Shown here: positions 49,831-63,935 of the stretch, piece after piece | Position numbering within the stretch: position 1 is the stretch's first letter | Layout: each line of letters opens with the position of its first letter | Source of the DNA: Potamilus streckersoni | Taxonomy: Eukaryota | Direction of reading: 5' to 3' | DNA length: 64,000 nucleotides | NCBI GenBank assembly: GCA_016746295.1 | Contig: JAEAOA010001935.1 | Span: 2,802,024 to 2,866,023 of the forward strand | Program-made: the position numbers and the translations under genes | The notes under the pieces: model-generated | The model's database searches: none | Seen by the model: the letters and a program-made list of their open reading frames with translations, nothing else | What the model was told of the DNA's origin: nothing

Positions 49831-52489
49831 AATTAGTGACGTAAAGCAATTAGAATGAGTTACACAGCAGCATTGAGTCAGCAAGTTTTCATATGATATA
49901 GTTCTGATATTTATAAACTTTTCTTTGCAAGAAGGAAGTAAGTCTACTCTTAGGATGGTAATGTGATTGCAAACCTATGTTCAGAAATATTAAATTTTAG
50001 TGAGCTGTGTGCAGTAATGTATCATTGTAGCTTTCTTCTAGCAATAATTTACAAAATCTTTTATATGAACCTTGATTATCCAAATCATCAGTTTGTCCAA
50101 CCGCCTGTCTGTAGACTATTAAAATTGCATGGTTGATATTCCCCATAGGGATCACCATTGTGATGTCATTAGGGGGGTTGTCAAAAAGACAATATATTAC
50201 TCCATATATGATGATATATTACTCAATATATTACTCCATATTTGATGATTAACAATGATATTTTGACAATAATTTGGGGATTTTTGTAGCTGATATTTAG
50301 TGTGACTGAGATTGCATACTTTGTGATAAAGTCAATAAAATTGACAATGATGTTTAAATTGGAGATGTTCATCCATCAGATTATTTTATATTACTCACAT
50401 CAGTGCTTTTAATGGAAGATTTGAATGCCAGAGCAAATAATGTCAATGATTATTTGGAAAAATATTGGCTCTTTGTCAGTCAGTTAGATCTTGGGGCCAA
50501 TTAAATTTTTCAATAATACCATGAAATATTTGAATGTGTTTAAATTGCATAAGATTCAGATAAATGTAAGATGAAGAGATTGATACTGACAGGGAAAATA
50601 CTAACAGACATATGTAGAAATTATCTTAGTGATACCAATACAAGTGTTGTTTTTTTCAACTTTCCTCACTATGTAATTGACTATTGTCTTGTTTCTGATG
50701 ATAATTTATATATGCAAACATGACCTGCTTTATATAGTGGGTCACTGCTAGTTAATTATTTAGTTTAGTTTTTACCACAAAACTAAACAAATTTTGCTTG
50801 TTGACAATAATACATTATCCAAAAGAATCCAAGATGGTAAGAAAATAGAAAGGCTGATTTAATTTAAAATATTGATACAGGTAACCGAAAGAGATTATAA
50901 AGAGTAAATATTATAGCATATAATCTGTATGTCAGAATGACATCAACAGTCATTTTTTATTAGTCTTGTCATTATTTAATGACACTGCTTCAAAATATTT
51001 TTTAATAAATAATAGCAATCCAATTTGTACTGAAAAGTTTTTATAAAATGATCATTTGGAACTAAATTCCAAAAGACCCATAGAAAATATTACCATGCAA
51101 GAAATATACACAAAAAATAACAGCACACCAACAAATAGGATAAATCTTATCTATCCTGAGTTCTGCATCAGAATCTCTTTTATAATCTTTAATGCCATAT
51201 AACCTTTGCATAGAATGAGCATGCTCTTCATTTTTACATCATTTGCATTGTATGAGAGTTTTTATCAATCTTTCACTGCCATTGTGGTTCTACCAACTAG
51301 AATTTTGCACATGCTTAGTTGTGATGTTATATGGAGATTCTCCAATAATTCCTGTATCCAAGTATTTCTCTTATATAAGAATAGTTATAGTTTTCACTGA
51401 GGAGTTAAACAAGGTGGCTATAGTTTCTGTCAGCATTAGGAATGCTTTTTATGTAGATTTTATTTCTGTCAGCATTTGGAATGCCATTTTTGTAGCTATC
51501 ATTTCTGTCAGCATTTGAAATGAATTTCTTTGAAAGTGGTAACACTACAGGGTGAGCAATTTTTGATGTGTTTTAAATTTATATTTGAAAATGGTTGATT
51601 TGTTTTTGAAGTTTACATTTTGCTTGTCATTGTCATCAATAAATGAGTTCTTTTTCACCATTTAGGATAAAAAAAACTAATTGGGATCTAATTATCTATT
51701 AAAAATGAAGATGTTGTTATTTTGATTAATAAAAGGTGTGTATGTATTAAGTTTATCTGTTGTTTTATATAGTGGTAGCTGTCTTAAATCAGAGTAAGGA
51801 AAATTAAGGTATCTGACATTACAGCATATATTTTATGTAATCTGCTTGGTAATTTTAAATTTTACTCACAGAAAGAGGAACTAACCAGGTTTATGTACAA
51901 AAATGTTTTATGTTTGTGTGCATGTGTGACTTATAATTATGGTTTATTGCTTTTCATTTGCCATAATTAAATATTTAAATGTTGATGGAATCATTGGAGA
52001 GTGAAATGAAATGATAGGGTGTTTAAAACAATGGTAATTGGTTTTGGTGGAATATAAATTGGATAATTAAATGTTGATTCCATGAAGCTTTGTATAATTT
52101 GTTCAGTGTATATTTGTATTTCATAATTGTCTTCATGCTGACAAGGTTTTTGTACATTTAGATGAAGCTTTGCATGTCATAAAATATGTGTGAATTATGG
52201 AGAAATCAGCAACACAAAAGTAGTAGGTAGTAGAGGTAAAAGTTTAGTTGAACCCATCTAAAATTTTAGCTCAGTAACCTTTCTGACTAGAGTATATGGA
52301 GTACATTTTTATACTTTTTAAGTGCAGTAATCTTAATGACTACACTATCTGACCTAGTTTTATATACATTGGCTGATTTTCCTTTGTTAGACAGTCTCTT
52401 TAAATAAAAATGTTTGTAATATTATCCAGGTCATCAAAGACTATTTGGTGATACAGGTCAACCACATGTTTCAGATGTACAGTATTATA

Positions 52490-53250
52490 CCAGACACACT
52501 GGCATGTGAAATTGTCAAGATGTACAATATTTTACCATACAGACACACTGGCATGTGAAATTGTCAAGATGTAAAATATTATACCATACAGACACACTGG
52601 CATGTGAAATTGTCAAGATGTAAAATATTATACCATAAAGACACACTGGCATGTGAAATTGTCAAGATGTACAATATTTTACCATACAGACACACTGGCA
52701 TGTGAAATTGTCAAGATGTAAAATATTATACCATACAAACACACTAACATGTGAAATTGTCAAGATGTACAATATTATACCATACAGATACACTGGCATG
52801 TGAAATTGTCAAGATGTACAATATTATACCATATAGACACACTGGCATGTGAAGTTGTCAAGATGTACAATATTATACCATACAGACACACTGGCATGTG
52901 AAATTGTCAAGATGTACAATATTATACCATACAGATACACTGGCATGTGAAATTGTCAAGATGTACAATATTATACCATACAGATACACTGACATGTGAA
53001 ATTGTCAAGATGTACAATATTATATCATACAGATACACTGACATGTGAAATTGTCAAGATGTACAATATTATACCATACAGACACACTGACATGTGAAAT
53101 TGTCAAGATGTACAATATTATACCATACAGACACACTGGCATGTGAAATTGTCAAGATGTATAATATTATACCATACAGACACACTGGCTTATGAAATTG
53201 TCAAGATGTAAAATATTATACCATACAGACACACTAACATGTGAAACTGA
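52490..53250. repeat. 49-bp satellite (ttgtcaagatgtacaatattataccatacagacacactggcatgtgaaa), about 15 copies
   Basis: 49-bp periodicity. Confidence 0.9.
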
Positions 53251-54231
53251 CTTATGTCACAACACAGCCCACCTGTCTTACATCACAACACAACACATTG
53301 ATTAAATCATCCAATGAGAAATTTCACCAGACAATTTCATTATTTAATACAAACCTATGCAAATGACCTATTTATAGGTCTTTGCAATCTGCAATCATGG
53401 ACCAGAGGTGAAATATACAATATAGATATACATAACAGAATATACATGTTGTGAATGTCACTAAGATCAAAGCAATTTCACCATTTGAATTTGTAATAAG
53501 ATTGTTGGTAACAAAATGTCATTTTCAAAAGTCCAGGTACCAGTTATTGACTGATTATAACAAAATGTCATCTTTTAGGATCCTGGTATCATTTATTGTA
53601 ACAAATATCTTCCTCTAGGGTCAAGGTATCAATTATTGCTTGATTTCAAATATGGATTGCAGTACAAAATGTCATGTTAAATAGTCCAGATATCAATTAT
53701 TGACTGTTTGAATATAATAAAATGTCATCTTCATGGTTCCATGTTACATTTATTGAGTGATTAATTAATTGTAACAAATGTCATCTAGTGTCCAGGTCTT
53801 AAATAATGATTGATTTGGAAATGTTGTTTGCAATATATTACTCTTGCTAAAAACTGCTGCAGTACTTTTTCTGGATATTAATTTATGTTGATCACTATAT
53901 ATATAAATGAGTATTGATGCAATGAAAAGTTACCAACATCAGTTAGATAAATGTTAGAGATACTGATAAAATAATAATCTTCTGAATTTGAACTTTGTAA
54001 AAAGCTTTAAACAAATAATTTTCTTTTAGTTTTTTTGTTATTTCATTAATAGTGATTTTAAAATGTATTTAAGTAGGAAATTCATCATGCAGACTAGTAC
54101 AGATCTTTGCAAAAGAAACCAGCTGTAAAAAGATTTTGAGCTATTAAATGCTGGACAGAAGCGGTTTTTCAGTGCTTTTGCAGATTGATGTTGAGAATAC
54201 CATATGTATTTTCTAAAACAGTAAAGTCCAA

Positions 54232-54380
54232 CTGCAAATAACAGACAATGATCTGCAGTCACATAATGTACCAGCAGATTTGGGTCTATGTTATTCTCTC
54301 TTCTGATCAATCCTAAAATGGCGCATAGACCAGATCTGCTCACACATTATACAGGGGTTTGTTCAGTTTGCAGTTGAACC
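54232..54380. repeat. Approximately 150-bp imperfect palindrome (foldback, MITE-like element). The arms are gtccaactgcaaa…cagcagatttgggtctatg and catagaccagatctgctc…tttgcagttgaac.
   Basis: The reverse complement of the right arm (gttcaactgcaaactgaac…gagcagatctggtctatg) matches the left arm. Related one-armed copies are at 45481-45600 and 59950-60060. Confidence 0.55.
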
Positions 54381-54814
54381 CCACTAATAACTGAGTATAT
54401 ATAGTATAATGTGATGGATGTATGCAACAAATATAAATCCACTCAAAGATATGCAGTATGAAGTGGTATTTCATTCCATAGATTAAATGAGGCAGTACAT
54501 TAGAATTTCAGGATAATTGAACAGGAGATAATAATTTGATTAGGAAATGAGGATAAATTGCAAGAATTAAGCTTTTGACAATAAAGTTAATTTATGAAGG
54601 CTTTCAAATTTTCATCTTGCTTCTTTGGATGGAGATAGTGAATTTGATCTACACTTAGCGAATGAGAAAAAATTTAAATCTAAACCATTCTGGAGAACCA
54701 TTTATTCCAGATTCATCCCAGTTAATAGTGGAAATGAAAATTGCAGAAAACCAAAATTAAGAAACATAAAATTACAGGAGAGCAACTTTATGGTTTGAAC
54801 AGCATTATCACCTG

Positions 54815-55960
54815 TATCATCTCATTTGAGTCCGCTTGGAAGTCCATTTCATGAGGACACAGTTCTGTATTATCTCATTTATTTAAATTTTAAGTCCATT
54901 TCATGAGGACACAGTTGTATATTATCCATTCCAGTCAGCTTGGAAGTCCATTTCAAGAAGACACAGTTGTATATTATCCATTTCAGTCAGATTGAAAATA
55001 CATTTCCTGAGGACACAGTTCTGTATAATCTCATTTATTCAACTTGGAAATCCATTCTATGAGGACATAGTTCTGTATTATCTCATTTATTCAACTTGGA
55101 AGTCCATTTCATGAGGAAATTGTTATGTATTATCTCATTTATTTAAATTTTAAGTCCATTTCATGAGGACACAGTTCTGTATTATCTCATTTATTCAACT
55201 TGTAAGTCCATTTCATGAGGACACAGTTCTGTATTATCTCATTTTTTCAACTTGTAAGTCCATTGCAAGAGGACACAGTTCTGTATTATCTCATTTATTC
55301 AACTTGTAAGTCCATTTCAAGAGGACACAGTTGTATATTATCCATTCCAGTCTGCTTGGAAGTCCATTTTAAGAGGACACAGTTGTATATTATCCATTCC
55401 AGTCAGATTGGAAGTCCATTTTAAGAGGACACAGTTGTATATTATCCATTCCAGTCAACTTGGAAGTCCATTTCAAGAGGACACAGTTGTATATTATCCA
55501 TTCCAGTCAGATTGGAAGTACATTTCCTGAGGACACAGTTCTGTATTATCTCATTTATTCAACTTGGGAGTCCATTTCATGAGGACATAGTTCTGTATTG
55601 TTTCATTTATTCAACTTGTAAGTCCATTTCCTGAGGACACAGTTCTGTATTATCTCATATATTCAACTTGGAAGTCCATTTCATGAGGACACAGTTCTGT
55701 ATTATCTCATTTATTCAACTTGTAATTCCATTTCATGAGGACACAGTTCTGTATTATTTCATATATTCAACTTGGAAGTCCATTTCATGAGGACACAGTT
55801 CTGTATTATCTCATTTATTCAACTTGGAAGTCCATTTTATGAGGAAATAGTTCTGTATCATCTCATTTTTAATAAGCTTGGAAGTCCATTTCAAGAAGAC
55901 ACAGTTCTGTATCATTTCATTTCATTTAGTTTGGAAGTCCAATTCACAAGGATATAGTTT
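54815..55960. repeat. 52-bp satellite (gtccatttcatgaggacacagttctgtattatctcatttattcaacttgtaa), about 22 copies with several variant subfamilies
   Basis: 52-bp periodicity (55154 to 55206). Confidence 0.9.
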
Positions 55961-56689
55961 GGTTTGGGTTTATTTTGTGGCTGAATTGGTCAGAAATATG
56001 TGACTGCTTTGCAACAGAAATGGCAGTCATGATTCTTTCATAGAACCATATTGATCATAGATATATAGATAATACACTAAAATGTGCAACCATGGGATTC
56101 CTTGGTGTTTTTCATTCCAGAAGGTCACTTGTTATTAAAGGCAACAAAATGACTTTCACTAATTCCTTTCTCAATAATCAATCATTCAAAGCACAAACTT
56201 CTGTAAGGGGAAAATCACTTGAACCATTGACATGTGACATATCTTGGCCAGAATGGTGGATAAAGTATACATTTCCATCTATATGCTATGCACTGTCATT
56301 ACCTGAGCAACTATCACATCAGAATTGTTATATCTGCAATTACCTAATTGTTCTGGAAAAATTACAGTCTAGGATAATGGATTTGTACAAATCCACCCTG
56401 CTTCATCTCATGAACTAAACTGTAACAGTTGTAAACCCTACCCTAGTGTACTCATGTTCACAAAGTTTTACAGTGGATATAATAAAATTAAGGAATTTGT
56501 TATCAGATACAATCAAAACATGGAATTTCAACAAATAATCACTTTTGTCAACATATACAATTAATGGCATGGGTTGTATCAAAGTATGAATTTATCAATG
56601 GATATCATCAGTTTATGTAAATTATCAATGGATATGATCAGTTTATGGAAATTATCAACAAGTATGAATAATTTATGGAATGATCAACA

Positions 56690-56985
56690 AGCACGATATG
56701 AAAGCTCTTAAGATCGAGGTCAACACTTGGGAAGTGCTTGCCCTTGACATGTCCAGCGAAAGCCAGCGAAGAAAAGTTATGACAGCTCGCCGAGGAGAAA
56801 AGATCTCAGAGGAAAAGGATGCAGTTCCAACCAAGACCTGACTCAAAATTCAAGTGTAGCAACTGTAGCAAGGATTGCCACTCCCGTGTGGGGCTTTATA
56901 GCCACAGAAGACGCTGCACAACTACAAACTGGGACACCTTTCATGGGTGCATTTCCATCGTCTCTAGAGACTATCGGAAGCCATA
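56690..56985 (+). mobile_element. 3'-terminal fragment of a LINE-like retroelement ORF, ending in a CCHC-type zinc-knuckle-like tail (…FKCSNCSKDCHSRVGLYSHRRRCTTTNWDTFHGCISIVSRDYRKP*)
   Basis: An open frame ends at TAA about 56981. A C-x2-C-x4-C-H…H-x4-C motif of this kind sits at the C-terminus of ORF2 in several non-LTR retrotransposon clades. A second, frame-decayed copy of the same tail is at 15185-15340. Confidence 0.45.
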
Positions 56986-56989
56986 AATG

Positions 56990-57490
56990 GAATTATCTAC
57001 AGATATGATCAATGTATGCAGTTATGATCAGTGTATGGAATGACCAACAGATATGATCAATGTATGGAATGATAACAGATATAATCAATGTATGGAATGA
57101 CCAACATATATGATCAATGTATGGAATGATAACATATATTCAATGTATGGAAATATCTACAGATATGATCAATGTATGCAGTTATCTAAAGATATGATCA
57201 GTGTATGGAATGACCAACAGATATGATCAATGTATGGAATGATAACATATATTCAATGTATGGAAATATCTACAGATATGATCAATGTATGCAGTTATCT
57301 AAAGATATGATCAGTGTATGGAATGACCAACATATATGATCAATGTATGGAATGATAACATATATTCAATGTATGGAAATATCTACAGATATGATCAATG
57401 TATGCAGTTATCTAAAGATATGATCAGTGTATGGAATGACCAACAGATATGATCAATGTATGGAATGATAACATATATTCAATGTATGAA
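56990..57490. repeat. Approximately 117-bp higher-order tandem repeat built from about 30-bp subunits (atatgatcaatgtatggaatgaccaac / …gataacatatattcaatgtatggaaatatctacag), about 4 copies
   Basis: Direct tandem copies. It starts immediately at the 3' end of the LINE-like fragment. Confidence 0.85.
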
Positions 57491-57699
57491 ATTATTGTTC
57501 ATCAGCAAGTATGTTGGTGCAATAGATTGGATTATCATACAATGGCATTGACTTCTAGGTTCAAAACCTAATATACATATATATATCTATATTTGATCTC
57601 ATATCATCCAGGTGATGGTTGTAAATGCCTCCATTCCACAGTTCATGATAAATAATTTCATGTAATCCTCCCAGCCTGCTGAAGGTTCCTTTGGGAAAT

Positions 57700-58640
57700 G
57701 TGGTACTAAAACAGTAATATATATTAGACATGTTTAGGTACTAATGTAATAATATATATTAAACATGTTTAGGTACTAATACAATGTATATTAGATATGT
57801 TTAGGTACTAATACAATAATATATATTAGACATGTTGTGGTACTAAAACAGTAATATATATTAGACATGTTTAGGTACTAATATAATAATATATATTAGA
57901 CATGTTTATGTACTAATATAATGCATATTAGACATGTTTAGGTACTAATACAGTAATGTATATTAGACATGTTTAGGTACTAATATAATAATATATATTA
58001 GACATGTTTATGTACTAATACAATGCATATTAGACATGTTTAGGTACTAATACAGTAATGTTTATTAGACATGTTTAGGTACTAATACAATAATACATAT
58101 TAGACATGCTTAGGTACTAATACAGTAATGTATATTAGATATGTTGTGGTACTAAAACAGTAACATATATTAGACATGTTTAGGTACTAACACAATAATA
58201 TTAGATATGTTTAGGTACTAATATAATAATATATATTAGACATGCTTAGGTACTAATACAGTAATGTATATTATATATGTTGTGGTACTAAAACAGTAAT
58301 ATATATTAGACATGTTTAGGTATTAATATAATAATATATATTAGACATGTTTAGGTACTAATACAGTGTATATTAGACATGTTAAGGTACTAATACAATA
58401 ATGTATATTAGACATGTTTAAGTAAATACAATAATGTATATTAGACATGTTTAGGTACTAATATAATAATGTATATTAGACATGTTTAGGTACTAATACA
58501 ATAATGTATATTATACATGTTTAGGTACTAATACAATAATGTATATTAGACATGTTTAGGTAAATACAATAATGTATATTAGACATGTTTAGGTACTAAT
58601 ACAATAATGTATATCAGACATGTTTAGGTACTAACACAAT
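57700..58640. repeat. Approximately 36-38-bp satellite (tattagacatgtttaggtactaatacaataatgta), about 25 copies
   Basis: Direct tandem copies with variable unit length (35-40 bp). Confidence 0.9.
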
Positions 58641-61600
58641 GATATTCATTACAATGACATTAAGTCTGAATTTATAGAACTTTAGAAAAAATTTTAAAAC
58701 ATTGCAAATATAAATAAGTTCATCATATAGAATAGATAGCAAGAAAGAACCAAATTTTATATTACACAATCTCTACAGATGAAGATTGCTTCTTGAAGGC
58801 AGACAGTTTCCTGAAAAGGCTTGTGTGCATTGTGACAAAATAGAGAAAAATTGCACTATAAGTACCAATGATGTGGTCAAATCCATGGCCAGAGAACTTA
58901 AAGTTAATGGACCCCCTAATACTGGTGCTTGGTACACGTTTCAAAACAGAAAGCTATATTTTGAAATTATCCATGCTAAAACCATACACCCGAGGTAACA
59001 CTGTGCATGGCAACAAAACACAGTTTACATCAGTGTTAATGTATAATACAGAAAGGTATTCTTATGCACACAATTCCATGAGAGTGATGATGCCACAACT
59101 TTCTGTTTCTGCTTACATGCTTACAGAGAAAAGACAGGAATTCCTTGCATATCAGTCATAATAATATTATCCCAACATTTTGGTTCAATCCAGTGAATGT
59201 TATCAAATATATGACTTAAAAACTTTCACACAGCATCCTAAATTTGCTTTCAAAGACCCCCCCCCCATATGTTTGCTTTTGCAACCAAGATAGGAACTCC
59301 TAATATACTGGAACACACATTTTTCGGAATACAATAATATGGTCCAAAATTATCAGAAGAATACAGCAATACATGCAGAAGATGCAACTTTACAAAATGC
59401 AGTGGACCTTAAATAAATGTCATTGTTGACACCATTACTGTTAATGGATGAGCAACACATTTTTATTGTCACAGGCAAGACAAAACTATTTGGATGTACA
59501 TCACCTGATTATATCCATGTTCAGTCTGATCAATATATTACCAATTAAAGCTTCTGTATCATCATTAATAACACATCTTATTGTTTTAGGCTTAGTATAG
59601 GTTGCCCTGGGAACTAGTGAAAGAAAGCAAATGTCTTGGAGTTGGTTGCATCACTTTTAAAATGCAGAATACACAGTTATAATAACTGCCATAGGTAGGG
59701 TTGTCTTGACATTGAGAGCCCTTTAAGTTGTTGATAAGTCCAACGTAAAGACAATGCTTAACAAGGATGAGTGTACAATTTCTTATGGGACTAAGATAGA
59801 TACAGTGTGTGCTTGTTATCAATTTCTTATGTGACTAAGATAGATATAGTATGTGCTTGTTATTAATTTCTTTATGAGGGCTTGTAAATCTGACCTTTTC
59901 TTTATTGAAAGTGAATTTCATTTCTGTATGCAACTACCATATATACTCATTTATAAGACAAGTTCAACTGCAAACAGCAGTGACCCAGATCTGCCCACAC
60001 TTAATGTTCTATCTGATCTGGGTCTGTGCAGTATTTTTAGAGTAATTAGTAAAACAAACAACATAGACTGTGATCTACAAGCACATTGGGCTATAGTACA
60101 TCATGATCTTTGTTGTTTGCAGCTTGACTTATAAGCAAATATATACAGTTGTCCTTATTGTCTAAAGTAAATTTGCAAGTTTATAAATGACTTCTTTCTT
60201 CAGTCTTCAAGCAAAAGTTGTTTTAGTTTAGTAGACATCTCCATATAATGTACACCTGCCCATTAAGAACAAGATTTACAAGAATATTTTCTTTTTTCAT
60301 TATCATTTGCTATCTCAAATGAAAAGGGACACCTTTCCATAAAGGACACTTTTTTTGTGGTCCCCTGAAAGTAATCTGTAGACAAGCTTTTTTTTGTATT
60401 TCTTTAGTATTACATGGTAACAACTTGCATTAATTAACAATCTAGTCAGTTAATATCATTCATAATGTTTTTGATGACATCAATATTTATACAAATACAG
60501 TAAATTTAGTGGTTTAACAAGATAATAATTTGGTGAGTAACTGATCATTTTTGGTTTCCACACTAAATGTTCAAATGTTTCATAATAGCAAACAATGTTA
60601 TGATTGCCAGTACAGTATTATAGTAATTATTATAACAGGCCCAGATCAAACATGGCCTGAAACTATCCATTCTCAAGCATTTCACTGCTGCTTAAGTTTG
60701 TGTACATAACTTCCAATAAATTCTCCTCAGTTGATGGGACATAACCAAATTCAACTTACTGATTGACTGACTTTCTAACATGTTATTATTGGTGAGTTAA
60801 TGCCAGGAATTTCAATTTACCTGTCATAATCAGGATATTATTCTTCAGTATGACATTTTGATTGGTTCCAGGTAACTAATTAAAAGGGAATTTCATATTA
60901 ACCTAGGGCATAAATGTCATCTTGCTATATTTCATAATGATATCTGTAACTTAAGCAAATACTGATCATGTTGCACACTGGAATTATCTAAGCATGTGTG
61001 ATAATTTAAAAGTAAAATTTGTATTTAAAAAAGTAAGGCAGGAGTTTAATATGTTAAGCTTTTATTATTCCTTTACCTATATATGTTACCCCCTGCCAGG
61101 CCTACGTGCCCACCTGCATATGTTAATAGGCAACTAAAAGCAGCTACCTTTTTGCCCTAGGATTTTTATGTCTCATGACAGTGTTCCAGATGAAAAGGTT
61201 TGGACATTTTTAAAATGTACAGTTGTTGTTTTAAAAAAATAGACCTTGTATTTATAGAATTTTACTAAATTTTATCTTTATCTTTTGCTTTGTTTACCTT
61301 TTGGGGGACCCCTAAACTTACTTAATGCTTTATTACCAGGATTGTGCTGATGTGCCAGTAGACCCTACATACATTCATTTTTAGTCACTAAAGTTAATAA
61401 TTGTTTTCCCTGAGCAGATTTCTAGATTGAGTGGTCTGCAGTGGATAATAAAACTAAAGAGAAATGTCCCTTTGAAAACAATTCATCCTGATAATTTTTC
61501 ATTTTACTATTAACCTGGTAAAAATAATGTGAAGAATTAAGTACTGTATTATAAGATGTAATTTTGATATTAATTCAATTTTTGCTTAATTTCGCTGTCT

Positions 61601-62394
61601 GAACAAGCAATAAGAGCAACAAATGAAAACCATGAAAATTTTGTGTGAACTTATATATTGTAATCAGCTAAGGCACCAAACATTGAGACCAGAGATGTGA
61701 CTTTTCATAAAATCCTAGAACCACAAACAGTTACTTAATATTTATCTTTTTCTAGTAATTATATATTATCCAAAAAAGACTGTGTCATTTTGTGATATCA
61801 CTTGGTAATAGCTATGACATATTAGTTTCATATATTTGGAAATTTTACATAAAACTTAGTATTTTAATTTCTGTTGTTTAATGTTACACCACATAAGTGG
61901 TTGTGACATTTAGTATTACTCTTGTCTTTCAAATCTTGTGTCTTAATGTCTCAGCGCTAAATAACCTTCTTGTGTTGCTGTACCATAAAATACCATATTG
62001 TCCATCAGTTTGTGTTTAAATCAGCTTTCAGCACTGTAGTAGAATATTTGTGTTCAAAGGACACATTCTTAGCTGTTTGCTGTTTTAAACATTTCCAGCA
62101 TTTATGATGTTAAAATTATAAACTGAGATTTCATTGGCATGTTTAGCTCTCCAGGCTATAGGCAAAGTGATCTGTATTTTTGGCCAGCATGTGCCATCCT
62201 TTGACTGCTCATCAATATTTGCCTGTTACCACATAAGAGCTCATATTTCTGGTCTAATTTTGATCAAACTTGAAATGTGGGCTTCTGGTTTACCAAGCTT
62301 ATTACCATTTGGGGTGTTGGATCCAAGTTGTATGCAAGTATGTATGGTAGATAGACTCAAAGAATCATAGTTGATTTAGAGCTTGAGATGAGGT

Positions 62395-62790
62395 TTTCAG
62401 AATACAATATACAGCTAGATGTGATGACTCAGTTTTCAGAATACAATATACAGCTGAATGTGATGACTCAAAGTTTTCAGAATACAATATACAGCTAGAT
62501 GTGATGACTCAAAGTTTTCAGAATATACAGCTAGATGTGATGACTCAAAGTTTTCAGAATATACAGCTAGATGTGATGACTCAAAGTTTTCAGAATATAC
62601 AGCTAAATGTAATCTCAAAGTTTTCAGAATACACAGCTAGATGTGTTCACTCATAAAGTTTTCAGAATACACAGCTATAGGTGATGACTCAAGTTTTCAG
62701 AACATACAGCTGGAAGTGATGACTCTTAAAATTTTCAGAATACACAGCTGGAAGTGATGACTCATAATAAAGTTTTTAAAAGACACAGCT
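62395..62790. repeat. Approximately 44-bp minisatellite (gttttcagaatacaatatacagctagatgtgatgactcaaa), about 9 copies
   Basis: Direct tandem copies. ORF 62436..62618(-) is its translation. Confidence 0.85.
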
Positions 62791-62867
62791 AGATGTGATC
62801 TCTTAGAGTATAAGTAATAATATTAATCTGTAGTATAAATGGATGAGATTTTAGCAATAATTGATTA

Positions 62868-62936
<69 letters not shown>

Positions 62937-62985
62937 GCTAATACTACTACCACTACTTCCACTACTACTACTACAGCTTCATTTA
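62868..62985. repeat. (CTA)n trinucleotide microsatellite, about 35 repeats with a degenerate 3' end
   Basis: A perfect ctactacta… run. Confidence 0.95.
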
Positions 62986-62989
62986 TCTA

Positions 62990-63120
62990 AGGTTACTCAA
63001 TAAGATGACTATTCATTAAGGCCTTCTCTATAAGATGACTATTCATTAAGGCCTTCTCTATAAGATATGACTATTCATTAAGGCCTTCTCTATAAGATAT
63101 GACTATTCATTAAGGCCTTC
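62990..63120. repeat. 30-32-bp minisatellite (taagatgactattcattaaggccttctcta), 4 copies
   Basis: Direct tandem copies. Confidence 0.85.
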
Positions 63121-63324
63121 TCTACAATCTATGTACATTATTTTTTTAACACTAGTTAAAATACAATACTTTCTTCTTACTTAGTATTTAATCAAAGCAT
63201 TTCTTTTAAAAGCTCTGAAATAATTTGATTGATTCACATTAAAACACAAACTTCTGAACAAGAACCCCTGAACATGTAAAACTCTTAATAAAATTCTGTT
63301 TTAAGGTTTTGGCAGAAAAAGATT

Positions 63325-63935
63325 TCTTCAAATATTTGTACATAACAAGATTGTATTTGGCTAAACATGTCATATTGATATTGTGGTGCAGTGTATCTGG
63401 CTTAACATGTCATGTAGATATTGTGGTACAGTGTATCTGGCTAAACATGTCATGTAGATATTGTGGTACAGTGTATCTGGCTAAACATGTCATGTAGATA
63501 TTGTGGTACAGTGAATCTGGCTAAACATGCCATACAGATCAAGTGTATGTGGCTAAACATGTCATGCAGATATTGTGGTACAGTGTATCTGGCTAAACAT
63601 GTCATGCAGATATTGTGGTACAGTGTATCTGACTAATCATATCATGCAGATATTGTGGTACAGTGTATCTGGCTAATCATGTCATGCAGATATTGTGGTA
63701 GTGTATCTGGCTAAATATGTCATGTAGATATTGTGGTATAGTGTATCTGGCTAAACATGTCATGTAGATATTGTAGTACAGTGTATCTGGCTTAACACAT
63801 CATGCAGATATTGTGGTACAGTGTATCTGGCTAAACATGTCATGTAGATATTGTGGTTCAGTGTATCTGGCTAAACATGTCATGTAGATATTGTGGTGCA
63901 GTGTATCTGGCTAAACATGTCATGAAGATATTGTG
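63325..63935. repeat. 40-bp satellite (ttgtggtacagtgtatctggctaaacatgtcatgtagata), about 15 copies
   Basis: 40-bp periodicity (63421 to 63461). Confidence 0.9.

Noticed and set aside
45379-60134. ORFs 45379..45720 and 59853..60134 sharing …TANCTDPDLPSYNAPADLGLC…ISRTNKMD…, which suggests paralogous genes
   Set aside because: The similarity is at nucleotide level across a foldback repeat family (the third copy at 54232-54380 is a palindrome). The ORFs are short, unsupported by splice signals and begin at non-ATG codons.
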